Source: Prevotella sp.
Lineage (GTDB): Bacteria; Bacteroidota; Bacteroidia; Bacteroidales; Bacteroidaceae
Direction of reading: 5' to 3'
NCBI GenBank assembly: GCA_017428925.1
Contig: JAFRPY010000005.1
Span: 29 to 64,028 of the forward strand
DNA length: 64,000 nt
Every line of letters starts with the position of its first letter. Position 1 is the first letter of the stretch. Positions 38,804 through 49,261 of this stretch are shown piece after piece. The notes under the pieces are model-generated. The model saw only the letters and a list, made by a program, of their open reading frames with translations. It was not told the origin of the DNA and did no database searches. A program made the translations under genes and the position numbers.

Positions 38804-40183
38804 TCATACACCTGTATAGTTGGCGGGAGTGATGGCCATCAATTCGGCCTTAACTGCATCGCTGACATCCAACTGCTGAATAAACTCGTGGATGGTTTCC
38901 TCGGTCATGTGCTTGTTGGTGCGGGTAAGGGCCTTGAGGGCCTCGTAGGGATGAGGATAAGCCTCGCGGCGCAGAATGGTCTGTATGGCTTCGGCCACAA
39001 CAGCCCATGTGTTGTCGAGGTCTTCCTGCAACTTCTCGGGATTGAGAATCAGTTTACGCAAACCTTTCAGCGTACTCTGAATGGCAATGACGCTATGTCC
39101 AAGAGGAACGCCGATGTTGCGAAGCACGGTGGAGTCCGTCAGGTCGCGCTGCAGACGGCTTACAGGCAATTTCTGTGCCAAGAACTGAAGGATGGCATTG
39201 GCAATGCCAAGATTTCCCTCAGAATTCTCGTAGTCAATCGGATTGACCTTATGGGGCATAGCGCTGGATCCCACCTCGCCAGCCTTGATTTTCTGCTTGA
39301 AATACTCCATGGAGATATACATCCAGAAATCACGGTCGAGGTCGATGATAATCGTGTTGATTCGACGGATGGCATCGAAGACACCGCCCATCTGGTCGTA
39401 GTTCGAAATCTGGGTAGTATATTGTTCGCGCTGAAGTCCCAGTTTCTCGCTGACGAAACGGTTGCCAAACGCCCTCCAGTCGTATGCAGGATAAGCCACA
39501 TGATGCGCATTATAGTTTCCGGTGGCACCTCCGAACTTTGCGGTAATGGGCACCTGCTTCAACGAATCCAACTGTTGCTGCAACCGGTAGACGAAGACCA
39601 TAATCTCCTTACCCAAACGTGTTGGAGACGCCGGCTGTCCATGCGTCTTAGCCAGCATCGGCACATCCTTCCACTCCTCGGCATAGTCTGACAGCTGTTG
39701 GATGAGTTCCTCAACCTGGGGAATGAACACGTCGGAAAGGGCTTCCTTGATGGAAAGGGGCACACTCGTGTTGTTGATATCCTGAGAAGTCAGTCCGAAA
39801 TGAATGAATTCCTGGTATTGGGTGATGGGTGTTGGGTGTTGGGTGTTGGTGGAAATTTCTGCGTCGATCTTGGCGAACTGCTCCTTGATAAAGTATTCAA
39901 CGGCCTTGACGTCGTGGTTGGTCGTTTTCTCGATTTCCTTTACCCTCTGAGCATCTTCTTCGGTGAAGTTCTTATAAATATCGCGCAACCTTCCGAACAG
40001 TCCCTTATCGAAAGAAGAGAGCTGCGGCAACGGCAATTCACAAAGTGATATGAAATACTCTATCTCTACGCGCACACGGTAGCGGATAAGTGCATACTCG
40101 GAAAAATAGTCGGCTAACTTCTCAGTTTTGCCTCTGTAACGGCCATCAACAGGCGAAATGGCAGTCAGGATATCCAGTTTCAT
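38804..40183 (-). CDS. purB: Adenylosuccinate lyase
   Basis: AISPVDGRY, TNHDVKAVEY, HFGLTSQD, GSSAMPHKVNPID. Confidence 0.98.
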   Translation of the reverse strand: MKLDILTAISPVDGRYRGKTEKLADYFSEYALIRYRVRVEIEYFISLCELPLPQLSSFDKGLFGRLRDIYKNFTEEDAQRVKEIEKTTNHDVKAVEYFIKEQFAKIDAEISTNTQHPTPITQYQEFIHFGLTSQDINNTSVPLSIKEALSDVFIPQVEELIQQLSDYAEEWKDVPMLAKTHGQPASPTRLGKEIMVFVYRLQQQLDSLKQVPITAKFGGATGNYNAHHVAYPAYDWRAFGNRFVSEKLGLQREQYTTQISNYDQMGGVFDAIRRINTIIIDLDRDFWMYISMEYFKQKIKAGEVGSSAMPHKVNPIDYENSEGNLGIANAILQFLAQKLPVSRLQRDLTDSTVLRNIGVPLGHSVIAIQSTLKGLRKLILNPEKLQEDLDNTWAVVAEAIQTILRREAYPHPYEALKALTRTNKHMTEETIHEFIQQLDVSDAVKAELMAITPANYTGV

Positions 40184-40333
40184 TTCTTTTATTGACTAAT
40201 ACGTATTACTTGTATCTACTAAAAACACTATTCTTCTGCAAAATTACTAATAAAATCCGACACTTCACAAATAATTCCCTTAATAAAATAAAAATCCCCA
40301 CATCTCTGTGAAGAGCGGGGATTGAATGTCGGG

Positions 40334-40408
40334 TGGGCGTTGACGGATTCGAACCGCCGACCCTCTGCTTGTAAGGCAGATGCTCTAAACCAGCTGAGCT
40401 AAACGCCC
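40334..40408 (-). tRNA. tRNA-Val (TAC)
   Basis: Reverse complement GGGCGTTTAGCTCAGCTGG...TCTGC-CTTACAA-GCAGA...GGTTCGAATCCGTCAACGCCCA. Confidence 0.97.
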
Positions 40409-40701
40409 GTTTTCTGAAAAGCGATGCAAAGGTACGGAGTTTTTTTGTAACGGCCAAACTTTTGCATCACTTTTTTCAAAAATTCCGGTCAAAGCACAAA
40501 CAATTTACAAACAAAACATTGTGGAGATTTTTAAATTGGGGGATTTTGGAATATTTGCACCAATAAAATTTGGGGATTTTGGAATATACGCAAAAAATTT
40601 GATGAATCCTAGCCGTATTAAGAATTGAGAAAAACGAGGCAAGACGTTTATCAAGACGGTAAAAACGGATATTAGCAAGAAATAAACTAAACGCAAAGAC
40701 G

Positions 40702-40748
40702 AAAAGGCACTAAAGTTCTGTCTTTTTTAGACAGTCCTTTGTGCCTCT
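40702..40748 (-). terminator. Hairpin after the paaK-ACT-Rpn remnant
   Basis: AGGCAC.AAAG..CTGTCT ... AGACAG..CTTT.GTGCCT imperfect inverted repeat. Confidence 0.55.
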
Positions 40749-40779
40749 GTGATCAAATTAAGAATAAAGAGAAAAGGCT

Positions 40780-41020
40780 CTACCCTTTTTCAAGCAGACA
40801 CTGCTCTTCGCTGGTAAGCCCAAGGCTGCTGACCACAACCTCCATAGGAATCCCGTGGGCTAACAGACTGCGAGCATTGGCCATACGTTCCTCCGCCCGG
40901 CCTTCTGCACGGCCTTCTGCACGACCTTCTGCACGGCCTTCCGCAAAACCCTCAGCACGCCCCTCCAAGAATGCGCTTCAAGGCCCAGTCGAAACTGACG
41001 TAGGTGCGATCCGTTGCCAT
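40780..41020 (-). pseudogene. Internally deleted Rpn-family PD-(D/E)XK nuclease
   Basis: ATG 41020 gives MATDRTYVSFDWALKRIL (Rpn-like N-terminus), joined out of frame to (EGRA)n-EERMANARSLL..GIP.EVV...GL (Rpn-like C-terminus). Confidence 0.8.
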
Positions 41021-41028
41021 ACCACTAA

Positions 41029-41454
41029 CTACAGTTTATAGAGGTCGTTGGCAGCAATCAGGTCAACCTTCTTGGCTTCAAGAATCTTATCACAGCTATC
41101 CAAATCAGTCGGACGAATCACCACATGGGCAACGTCACCGGCAGCAAATGAATAGAGATACTCGATGAAAACGCCCTGTGAAGAAAGATACTCGAGGACG
41201 ACGGCCAGCGAACCGCTAGTGTTGGGACAGTTGAGTGCGATGACATCGGTAATCTTCACGGCAAAGCCTGCTTCCTTCAACACCTTGTATGCTTTCTCGG
41301 GATCTGAGACGATGCAGCGCAGGATACCGAAATCACTGTTGTCTGCAATGCTCATGGCCGAAAGGTTGATGTTTGCCTTACCCAAAGCCTCGGTGACCTC
41401 AGTGAGACGGCCACTCTTGTTCTCCAAGAACACGGATAGTTGTTTTGCTTTCAT
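41029..41454 (-). CDS. ACT domain protein
   Basis: KQLSVFLENKSGRL; tandem ACT domains; usual partner of paaK. Confidence 0.92.
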   Translation of the reverse strand: MKAKQLSVFLENKSGRLTEVTEALGKANINLSAMSIADNSDFGILRCIVSDPEKAYKVLKEAGFAVKITDVIALNCPNTSGSLAVVLEYLSSQGVFIEYLYSFAAGDVAHVVIRPTDLDSCDKILEAKKVDLIAANDLYKL

Positions 41455-41486
41455 AATCTGATTGGTTTATGGTTTACAATGTTATT

Positions 41487-42785
41487 TCAGAATTTACGGT
41501 TGTCGAATACACGCTTGGCCTTGCCCGTACTGCGCTCGATGCTCTTAGGCTCGACAAGTCTCACCTTGAATCCTAACCCGATGACGCTTCTCAGTTCGGC
41601 CTCAAGCTTCTTCTGCAAGCCCACAAGCACCGACATCTCGTCGCTATAAAACTCTTCCTTCACCTCAACTTTAAGTTCCGAGGTATCGGTATTGTTCACG
41701 CGGTCGACAATCAACATGAAATGCGGCTCAAACTCAGGCAGAGAGAGAATGACAGCTTCGATCTGAGAGGGGAATACATTTACGCCACGGATAATGAGCA
41801 TGTCGTCGCAACGGCCAAGAATGCGATCCATCCTGACCAACGTGCGTCCACATGAACATTTCTCATAGTGCAGGGCAGTGAGGTCGTGAGTGCGATAGCG
41901 GAGCAAGGGCATGCCCTCCTTGGTGAGATGGGTAAACGTCAGTTCGCCCAGCGTGCCCTCAGGCAGCTGTTCGCCGGTATTAGGATCAAGAATTTCGGGG
42001 TAGAAATAGTCCTCGTTCAGGTGGGTTCCACACTGGCATTCACACTCATAGCCCACACCTGGTCCGGCAATTTCACTAAGTCCATAGATATCGTATGCCT
42101 TGATGCCAAGGGATTCTTCAAGCTTCACACGCATCTCTTCGGTCCAAGGCTCTGCACCGAAGGCACCAACCCTCAATTTGAAGTCTTCACGCGGATATTC
42201 CGACTCGCGCAATGCCTCACCCAAGAACATGGCATAGGAAGGCGTACAGCACAACACACTTGAACCGAAGTCGTGCATCAGCGTTATCTGCTTCTGGGTA
42301 TTGCCCGACGACATTGGAATAACGCTGGCCCCAATATTGGTAGCACCGTCGTGTGCTCCGAGACCGCCCGTAAACAAGCCATAGCCATAGGAAACCTGGA
42401 AAATGTCGTCCTTTGTAGCCCCATAGGCCGTAAAGGCACGAGAAATACTTTCGGTCCACATGGCAATGTCTTTACGCGTATGAAGCACTACTACGGGCTT
42501 TCCCGTGGTACCTGAAGACGCGTGGATACGTACAATCTGACTCATCGGCACGGCAGCCAAACCAAACGGGTAGTTGTCGCGAAGGTCAAGTTTGTTGGTA
42601 AAAGGCAACTTCGAGATGTCGTCAATGTCCTTGATGTCGCCTGGTTCAAGACCCATCTCCTGAAATTTTTTCCGGTAGAAAGGAGAATTGTGATAAACGT
42701 AATCGGCCATTTTCCGAATACGGATACTCTGGATTTCGCGAAGCTGCTCGCGATCCATACATTCAATGTTCTGATTCCAAATCAT
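41487..42785 (-). CDS. paaK: Phenylacetate--CoA ligase family protein
   Basis: HASSGTTGKP, YGYGLFTGGLG, DIYGLSEI, RYRT.D, GRCDDMLIIRGVNVFP. Confidence 0.92.
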   Translation of the reverse strand: MIWNQNIECMDREQLREIQSIRIRKMADYVYHNSPFYRKKFQEMGLEPGDIKDIDDISKLPFTNKLDLRDNYPFGLAAVPMSQIVRIHASSGTTGKPVVVLHTRKDIAMWTESISRAFTAYGATKDDIFQVSYGYGLFTGGLGAHDGATNIGASVIPMSSGNTQKQITLMHDFGSSVLCCTPSYAMFLGEALRESEYPREDFKLRVGAFGAEPWTEEMRVKLEESLGIKAYDIYGLSEIAGPGVGYECECQCGTHLNEDYFYPEILDPNTGEQLPEGTLGELTFTHLTKEGMPLLRYRTHDLTALHYEKCSCGRTLVRMDRILGRCDDMLIIRGVNVFPSQIEAVILSLPEFEPHFMLIVDRVNNTDTSELKVEVKEEFYSDEMSVLVGLQKKLEAELRSVIGLGFKVRLVEPKSIERSTGKAKRVFDNRKF

Positions 42786-42834
42786 AGATAAGACATTTTG
42801 TTTAAGATGGTTTGAACTGGCAGCAAAGGTACAA

Positions 42835-42870
42835 AAAAAATCTGCATTTCATAACAAAATGCAGATTTTT
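42835..42870 (-). terminator. Terminator after the OmpA family gene
   Basis: AAAAATCTGCATTT ... AAATGCAGATTTTT. Confidence 0.75.
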
Positions 42871-42901
42871 ATTTATAAAAACTATTTTTAAGTTTTTTCG
42901 C

Positions 42902-44047
42902 TTACTCTGTAATCTGAACAGTAGCACGACGGTTGTAAGAGATTGGAGACAGAATGTCTACACCACCCATAGCTTCCTGAGAAATCTTGCCCTCAGCAAC
43001 ACCCATCTTAACGAGCTCGTCAGCAACACGCTTTGCACGCTTCTCAGACAGAACCTGGTTGTGAGCGGGGCTACCAGTAGCGCTATCAGCATAACCAGTT
43101 ACGAGGAGGTTGTTGTCGTTCTCGATGGCATACTTAGCAAGAGCCTGTACGTTCACGAGGTCCTTCAGCTCAGCAATTTCGGTCTTGTCGAGGTTGAAGA
43201 ATACAGAAACAGGAGTTGTGATGAATTCCTTAACAGACTGAGGAACTTCCACCTTCGGCTGGTTAGCCAGCAGGTTCTTCAGACGATCGTTCTCTGCATT
43301 TGCGTCAGCGAGCTGAGCCTTAAGAGCGTCAATCTGGCTCTGAGAGAGGGCCTTGATAGCATCAACATCGGGAACCTTGTTCCAAGTAGCCTTACCCAGA
43401 TTCAGGGTCAGACCAACTTCAGCTGTGAACCAACGGTCGTGAGCAGCGTCTAAGTTACGGCCCCAAGCATATTCCATGCCTTCGAAGTCGTCACCGCAGA
43501 GGTTGTAACCGAGGTCAAGGTTGATAGCCACGCGCTTTGAAACCTTGAAGGTGTTCAGGATACCTGCACTACCAACAATTTCGTATGTGTTATAAGAGCA
43601 GTTGCGGGCAACACCAACACCGAAGTAAGGAATGAAATTCCAAACACGGCTCTCATTGTAACCGCAAAGGAGGTTGCTCAGGTTGAGCAAAGTCTGCTCC
43701 TGCAAGTTCCAATACTTAATCTTGTTCTTGTCAGCATCTGTAGAAATAACGCTCTTACCGCTAAAGGCATTGAACTTGGTGCGGAGACCAATACCGGGAG
43801 TAAACCACTTACCGATAGCAACGGAGAAACCAAGACCACGACGGAAATCCTTCAACGGGCTCTTAGAGAAACCTTCATGCTTTTCTTCGTTTGAGTAGAA
43901 AGCACTGTAAGCAAAGTTTGCCTGTACAAACCAGTTGCTCCAGAAAGAGTTAGTGGCAACACTGTACTTAAGCGTCGGCTCTTCATCCTGGGCCATGCTT
44001 GTCAGTGAAACGCTGGCCAAAGCCAGAACGATTAAAAACTTTTTCAT
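42902..44047 (-). CDS. OmpA family protein
   Basis: Signal peptide, VATNSFWSNWF, GKWFTPGIGLR, TGYADSATG...LSEKRA, NRR. Confidence 0.93.
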   Translation of the reverse strand: MKKFLIVLALASVSLTSMAQDEEPTLKYSVATNSFWSNWFVQANFAYSAFYSNEEKHEGFSKSPLKDFRRGLGFSVAIGKWFTPGIGLRTKFNAFSGKSVISTDADKNKIKYWNLQEQTLLNLSNLLCGYNESRVWNFIPYFGVGVARNCSYNTYEIVGSAGILNTFKVSKRVAINLDLGYNLCGDDFEGMEYAWGRNLDAAHDRWFTAEVGLTLNLGKATWNKVPDVDAIKALSQSQIDALKAQLADANAENDRLKNLLANQPKVEVPQSVKEFITTPVSVFFNLDKTEIAELKDLVNVQALAKYAIENDNNLLVTGYADSATGSPAHNQVLSEKRAKRVADELVKMGVAEGKISQEAMGGVDILSPISYNRRATVQITE

Positions 44048-44210
44048 AACCTTTTTTATTTATAAATATGTAATTAATTATCTTAATTTGCGCATAATTT
44101 GAAATTTCGGCACAAAGATAGCAATATTTTTTTGAATGCACCTAATTTTTCAGAAGAAAAAATTCAAAAAATCAAAAAAAACTTAATTTATATCATTTTT
44201 CCGTTTGTTT

Positions 44211-46037
44211 TTACCCCATTAAGGAGTCTATTTCTTGTTGTTTGAGGATACAAATGACATTTTTCCCGTCTGGTGTGTAATTGACATTGGAACATGTGAA
44301 AAGCGTATTCACAAGGTTTTCCATAGCCTCATTGGTCAAAACCTGTCCATAAGGTATGGCAGCATTGCGTGCCAGGCATAAGGCCAACGGCTTATATACA
44401 TCGTCGCTTAAAGGGGTATTCTTCTCTGCGGCGGCAGCTACCATTTCATGAATCACTACAGACATATTCGCGCCCTCCAAATCGGCAGGAATGCCATTCA
44501 CGGCGAAACTGCCACCTCCCAAGTCGGACACATCGAAACCAATATTCTCCATTTCCGACAAAATTCCTTCCAGCAGTACGGTTTCTGAAGGGGAGAGTTC
44601 CACAACCTCGGGAAAAAGCAACTTCTGGGACCGGCCTCCCCTCTGCTCCATCTGTCGCAGATAGTCCTCGTATAAAATACGTACATGCGCGCGATGCTGG
44701 TCGATGATCATTAACCCTGACTTCACCGCGGTCATAATATACTTTCCTTTGTACTGATAATGAACAGGCGACTTTTCGGCAATAACAGACAAATCCCCAC
44801 TATCCACAGAAGATAAATCCTCGTCAAAGAGCGGAGCTTCCTGTGACGGCTGCCGGATTCCTGCATATAGACTTTCCCAGCTATCAGGAACAGCGACCGG
44901 CTTCTGGCGCGAAGACCGTGAATTCGTATTGAAAGGATTATATTGGGGATCATACTCAACGACAGGAGGCGCAATGCCTTCTGCCGACGGATTAAACACA
45001 GGAATATCAGGTTTCCCCTGAGTATCAAATTCTATGGCAGGAACATCATTGAATTTCCCGACAGCTTCTTTAACCGCTGCTGTCAGAATCTGCCAAATGG
45101 TCTGCTCTTCCTCGAACTTAATCTCCGTCTTCGTCGGATGTATATTCACGTCTATATTCTGCGGAGAGACATCAAAATAGATGAAATATGGAACTTGCTC
45201 ACCGACAGACACCAAACGTTCAAAAGCATTCTGTACGGCCTTATGGAAATAAGGATGCTTCATATAACGGCCATTCACGAAAAAAAACTGATGGGCACCT
45301 TTCTTTTTCGCGGATTCTGGTTTTCCAACAAAGCCACTGATTCTGCACACGGTCGTATCCACATCTACGGGCAGAATATCCTGGTTGAACCGTTTGCCGA
45401 ATACGTCGACAATTCGTTGTCGAAGGTTTCCCGAACGAAGATTGAATACCTCGACGCCATTGCTATGCAACGTGAAATGGATCTGAGGATAGACCAGCAC
45501 AATGCGCTCAAACGCCTGAAGGATATTATTCAGTTCTGTAGTATTCGATTTCAAGAATTTCCTGCGGGCAGGAACATTAAAAAACAGATTCTCAACATTG
45601 AAATTACAACCAACAGGACAAGAAACTGGTGATTGAGAAACCACCTTTCCACCCGACAGATGAATTACCGTACCGATTTCATCGTCGGCCATCCTTGTCT
45701 TCAGTTCTACTTGGGCTACTGCAGCGATACTGGCCAAGGCTTCACCCCTGAACCCCATCGTATGAAGGGCAAAGAGATCGTCGGCCTTACGAATTTTGGA
45801 AGTAGCATGACGCTCAAAAGAGAGCCGGGCATCAGTTTCCGACATTCCCCTGCCATTGTCGATAACCTGTATGGAAGTACGACCGGCATCCACCACAACC
45901 ACGTTGATGGTATCTGCACCGGCATCCACAGCATTCTCTACCAGTTCCTTGATGACACTGGCAGGACGCTGGATAACCTCACCAGCAGCAATCTGGTTGG
46001 CAACACTGTCGGGCAAAACCTGTATGATATCGCTCAT
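44211..46037 (-). CDS. mutL: DNA mismatch repair protein MutL
   Basis: [51 protein letters not shown]; start trimmed to MSDIIQ. Confidence 0.97.
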   Translation of the reverse strand: MSDIIQVLPDSVANQIAAGEVIQRPASVIKELVENAVDAGADTINVVVVDAGRTSIQVIDNGRGMSETDARLSFERHATSKIRKADDLFALHTMGFRGEALASIAAVAQVELKTRMADDEIGTVIHLSGGKVVSQSPVSCPVGCNFNVENLFFNVPARRKFLKSNTTELNNILQAFERIVLVYPQIHFTLHSNGVEVFNLRSGNLRQRIVDVFGKRFNQDILPVDVDTTVCRISGFVGKPESAKKKGAHQFFFVNGRYMKHPYFHKAVQNAFERLVSVGEQVPYFIYFDVSPQNIDVNIHPTKTEIKFEEEQTIWQILTAAVKEAVGKFNDVPAIEFDTQGKPDIPVFNPSAEGIAPPVVEYDPQYNPFNTNSRSSRQKPVAVPDSWESLYAGIRQPSQEAPLFDEDLSSVDSGDLSVIAEKSPVHYQYKGKYIMTAVKSGLMIIDQHRAHVRILYEDYLRQMEQRGGRSQKLLFPEVVELSPSETVLLEGILSEMENIGFDVSDLGGGSFAVNGIPADLEGANMSVVIHEMVAAAAEKNTPLSDDVYKPLALCLARNAAIPYGQVLTNEAMENLVNTLFTCSNVNYTPDGKNVICILKQQEIDSLMG

Positions 46038-46062
46038 GCTATTTCTGTTTTTTACTTCAAAA

Positions 46063-47802
46063 CTACTCCTGTGAAGGCATAGGTGTCTCGGCTGATGGAG
46101 GTAAAGGACTCTCTGCAGGGGACGGTGAGGAAGGTGGGACACCTTGGTCAAAACCCAGTGTCTGCAAAGGAGGACGACGCCTGGTCTGTTTCAACTCCGT
46201 GCCGCCTTTCTTCTCTCTCCATTCAAAGATATCGTCCTTGTTCAACGGTCGGATATAGTCGAACCATGCAAAATTTGGAAGATACAATTTCGAAGGCGGT
46301 ATCTGAGTCATCGGATAGGTTGTACCTGTAGCCTTGTTTGTCCATATTTTTTGCAATTTACGTTCCTGCAGGTACATTTTCATCGTGTCTGTTTCCAGAT
46401 AGTTAAGGCCATGAAATGTAGAATCTTTCTCATCTATCGGATAATAGACCGTCTGCACACTTCCAATGGCATCGCTTCTGCTGATTTCACCTTTTATGAA
46501 ATAGGCAAGCATATACTTTGACGAGACCTGATTGTAATGGTTTTCATTATCCACTTTTTCGATTGAGGAAGCCTGTCCGATGACATGCGCCTGATTGATG
46601 GTAGAGTCTTTCATGAGCACCTCAATCTTCTCACCCAACAACTGTCTGTTTGCATTCCATGTTATGGGATCCTTATACATTGTCAGCACCGAGTCTTTTG
46701 TGTTATAGACCAAAGAATCGCACACGGCCTGGACATCTCTCCTGTAAGCCCTGACCTTATGAAAACAATGCAACTCGCGCCACGCAGAATCTGTGTTAAT
46801 GTCGTAGGAGAACATCTTCAGTGTATCACCGTGCAACCAAAGCGTATCTTGCTGAGAATAGTCCACCAAAACGGCATTTTTCGTGGCATGTGCATAGCCT
46901 TTCTGTTCATCATACCAAAAATAGTCGCAGTGAAGCTCGTTTTTATTGTTGTTGTCTTTATAAACAACGTTACCGAAGCCCTCAGCTGTTCCTTTCTTCT
47001 CATCACGGAAGAGGCTGTCGCCAATCATTTCCTTTTCACCATCTACCAAGGTGCTTCTGCCAAACAGCCGCGTACGGTCACTTCTCGAATCAAAATAGCC
47101 CTCTGTCGTGTTCACTATGCTTTTCCCAGAAGTAATCGTAGAGGGGCCTACCACATGAGCTTCCTTCGTCGCAACATCATAATAGAGCGTATCGGTTACG
47201 AGTAGGAACTTTTTGTTCTTCAGGTTGACATTATAGTTGAATTTTGCCTCTTTCTGTTCCGTATCATACTCGCCCCAGTCGCTGGTCAGCACATTCTCTT
47301 TATCGACCATTTTTCCACCCTCAAAAAAATAACCTAAATTATATAGGCGGTCATAGTCGAGCGAGTCTGTATAAAGAGTCGTTCCCCGATGTTTCAAGAC
47401 AACGTTGCGACGAGCGCGAGCCATCTGCTCGTTTCCGTCGTAGAAAGCATAGTCGCTGTTCAGCGTAAGGGTATCACCCTGGCGCATTCTGACATGCCCG
47501 AAAGCCTCAAATGAATTACTGGCCTCGAAGAAATAGGCACTGTCACAAGTCAGCTTGGCACCTTTATGGCGGAAAGACACGTTTCCATTCAGTATCTGTG
47601 CATCGGGTTTTCGCCCATATCGGTCATACGACAATCGGTCGGCATGCTCAAGATACACCCTTTCGTCCACTTTCTTACGTGTCTGTTTCTTTCGTGGAGC
47701 CTGCATACCCAGTGTCAGACCAAAGACTAAGAGGCACAGAATCAGCATGAAAGCCCTTCTATGCCCCCCCATTTGTCGTATCTTTATTTCCTTATCGGTC
47801 AT
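46063..47802 (-). CDS. OstA-like (LptA/LptD beta-jellyroll) protein
   Basis: Repeated CDSA/TDSL/GDSL/CDSL strands, GNVSFRH, FEAFGHV; usual surA-ostA-mutL context. Confidence 0.8.
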   Translation of the reverse strand: MTDKEIKIRQMGGHRRAFMLILCLLVFGLTLGMQAPRKKQTRKKVDERVYLEHADRLSYDRYGRKPDAQILNGNVSFRHKGAKLTCDSAYFFEASNSFEAFGHVRMRQGDTLTLNSDYAFYDGNEQMARARRNVVLKHRGTTLYTDSLDYDRLYNLGYFFEGGKMVDKENVLTSDWGEYDTEQKEAKFNYNVNLKNKKFLLVTDTLYYDVATKEAHVVGPSTITSGKSIVNTTEGYFDSRSDRTRLFGRSTLVDGEKEMIGDSLFRDEKKGTAEGFGNVVYKDNNNKNELHCDYFWYDEQKGYAHATKNAVLVDYSQQDTLWLHGDTLKMFSYDINTDSAWRELHCFHKVRAYRRDVQAVCDSLVYNTKDSVLTMYKDPITWNANRQLLGEKIEVLMKDSTINQAHVIGQASSIEKVDNENHYNQVSSKYMLAYFIKGEISRSDAIGSVQTVYYPIDEKDSTFHGLNYLETDTMKMYLQERKLQKIWTNKATGTTYPMTQIPPSKLYLPNFAWFDYIRPLNKDDIFEWREKKGGTELKQTRRRPPLQTLGFDQGVPPSSPSPAESPLPPSAETPMPSQE

Positions 47803-49241
47803 TTAATCCAACCTTCGTATTCAAAAGAACAGTCTTTATAGCGGTCGTTTACTCTTACGTAAATGGTTTTCAGTTTCTCTTTCACCCAGTCTTTCAGGAA
47901 TTCTTCTCTGCGTTTCCTCAGAACCACGTCCTTCATAGCCTGGAAATCTTCGGTAATGGTCGCACGATGTCCTTCCACACGACTTTTCAGCATGATGATG
48001 GCGCAAACAGTCTTTCCCTTTGTATTTGTATTAGTCATCTGAAAAGCATCCGACACCTGCCCTACCTTCAATGTATCCACCACGCGGGCTATCTCCGTCG
48101 GAAGATCCTGCATTCGGAATTTACTGGTACGTCCTGCCTCAGAAGTATTAGCCATCAATCCTTTACTACTACGGGTATCTTTATCGTCGGAAATAAATGA
48201 AGCGGCTTCGTCGAAAGAGAACTTGCCTGCCCGAATGTCATTGGCGATGCTGTCAAGACGAAGCTGTGCCTTTGTAATTGCTTCATACGACACCTTCGGT
48301 TTAAGCAAGATGTGGCGGCACTTGATTTTGTCGCCGCGCTTGTCGATAAGCTGAATGATATGAAAACCGAATTCTGTCTCCACAATCTTAGAAATCTTCT
48401 TCGGGTCAGTCAGATTGAAGGCAACATTGGCAAAAGCGGGATCAAGCATACTACGGCCGGAATAGTCCAGTTCACCGCCCTGACGCGCCGAGCCAGGATC
48501 TTCCGAATAAAGTCTGGCCAGCGTAGCAAAGGTCGTCTCACCCCTGTTCACGCGGTCGGTATACTCACGGAGCACATCTTTCACGCGACTTATCTCCTCC
48601 TGTTCCACACGGGGCGTCTGCGTAACGATTTGCACCTCGACTTCTGTCGGCACAAAAGGTATGCTGTCTTCAGGAACATCCTTGAAATAGCTCCTCACAT
48701 CAGCCGGACTCACCTTGATATCCTCGACAAGCTTCTCTTGCATTTTCTGGACAAGTTTACGGTCGCGGAAATCGTCGTGCATCGAAGCACGCATCTGGTT
48801 AATGGTCTGCTTACGGTATTCCTCAAGTTTTTCCCTGGATCCGCCCACCATCTGAAGCCAATAGTTAATCTGCTCTTCAACGAGCTGGTTGACTTCGCTC
48901 TCTGTCACTTCAATAGAGTCAATGGCAGCCTGATGCAGATATAGTTTCTGTAAAGCTATCTGTTCAGGAATAGCGCAGTCAGGATTACCCTGAAAACGAA
49001 CTCCCTCAACTTCAGCCTGCAGGCGCATCACCTCAACATCACTTTTCAGAATAGCCTCATCGCCTACAACCCATATCACTTCATCCACCACACTGGCTTC
49101 CGGAACGGGCTGCTCTGCTCTGACTAAGGAGTCCTTCACCTGACTTTTATCCTGAACAATATGTTGCACTGCACTGTTAGCTTTCAGTCCTAATGCCAGC
49201 ACAAGTCCCCCTGCCAATGTCAGTATTAATTTGTTTCTCAT
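47799..49241 (-). CDS. SurA-like peptidyl-prolyl isomerase
   Basis: VVDEVIWVVGDEAIL, FATLARLYSEDPGSA..GGEL, ETEFGFHIIQ, RHIL. Confidence 0.9.
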   Translation of the reverse strand: MRNKLILTLAGGLVLALGLKANSAVQHIVQDKSQVKDSLVRAEQPVPEASVVDEVIWVVGDEAILKSDVEVMRLQAEVEGVRFQGNPDCAIPEQIALQKLYLHQAAIDSIEVTESEVNQLVEEQINYWLQMVGGSREKLEEYRKQTINQMRASMHDDFRDRKLVQKMQEKLVEDIKVSPADVRSYFKDVPEDSIPFVPTEVEVQIVTQTPRVEQEEISRVKDVLREYTDRVNRGETTFATLARLYSEDPGSARQGGELDYSGRSMLDPAFANVAFNLTDPKKISKIVETEFGFHIIQLIDKRGDKIKCRHILLKPKVSYEAITKAQLRLDSIANDIRAGKFSFDEAASFISDDKDTRSSKGLMANTSEAGRTSKFRMQDLPTEIARVVDTLKVGQVSDAFQMTNTNTKGKTVCAIIMLKSRVEGHRATITEDFQAMKDVVLRKRREEFLKDWVKEKLKTIYVRVNDRYKDCSFEYEGWIK

Positions 49242-49261
49242 ATCAACTATTCAGAATCCAA

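Noticed and set aside
40739-41041. 100-aa plus-strand ORF with SARP repeats
   Set aside because: Antisense reading of the EGRA repeats in the Rpn remnant.
46038-46151. N-terminal extension of MutL overlapping the OstA-like gene
   Set aside because: ORF-caller artefact; the conserved start is MSDIIQ at 46037. Extensions of asd, the second fimbrillin and the S41 peptidase were trimmed for the same reason.
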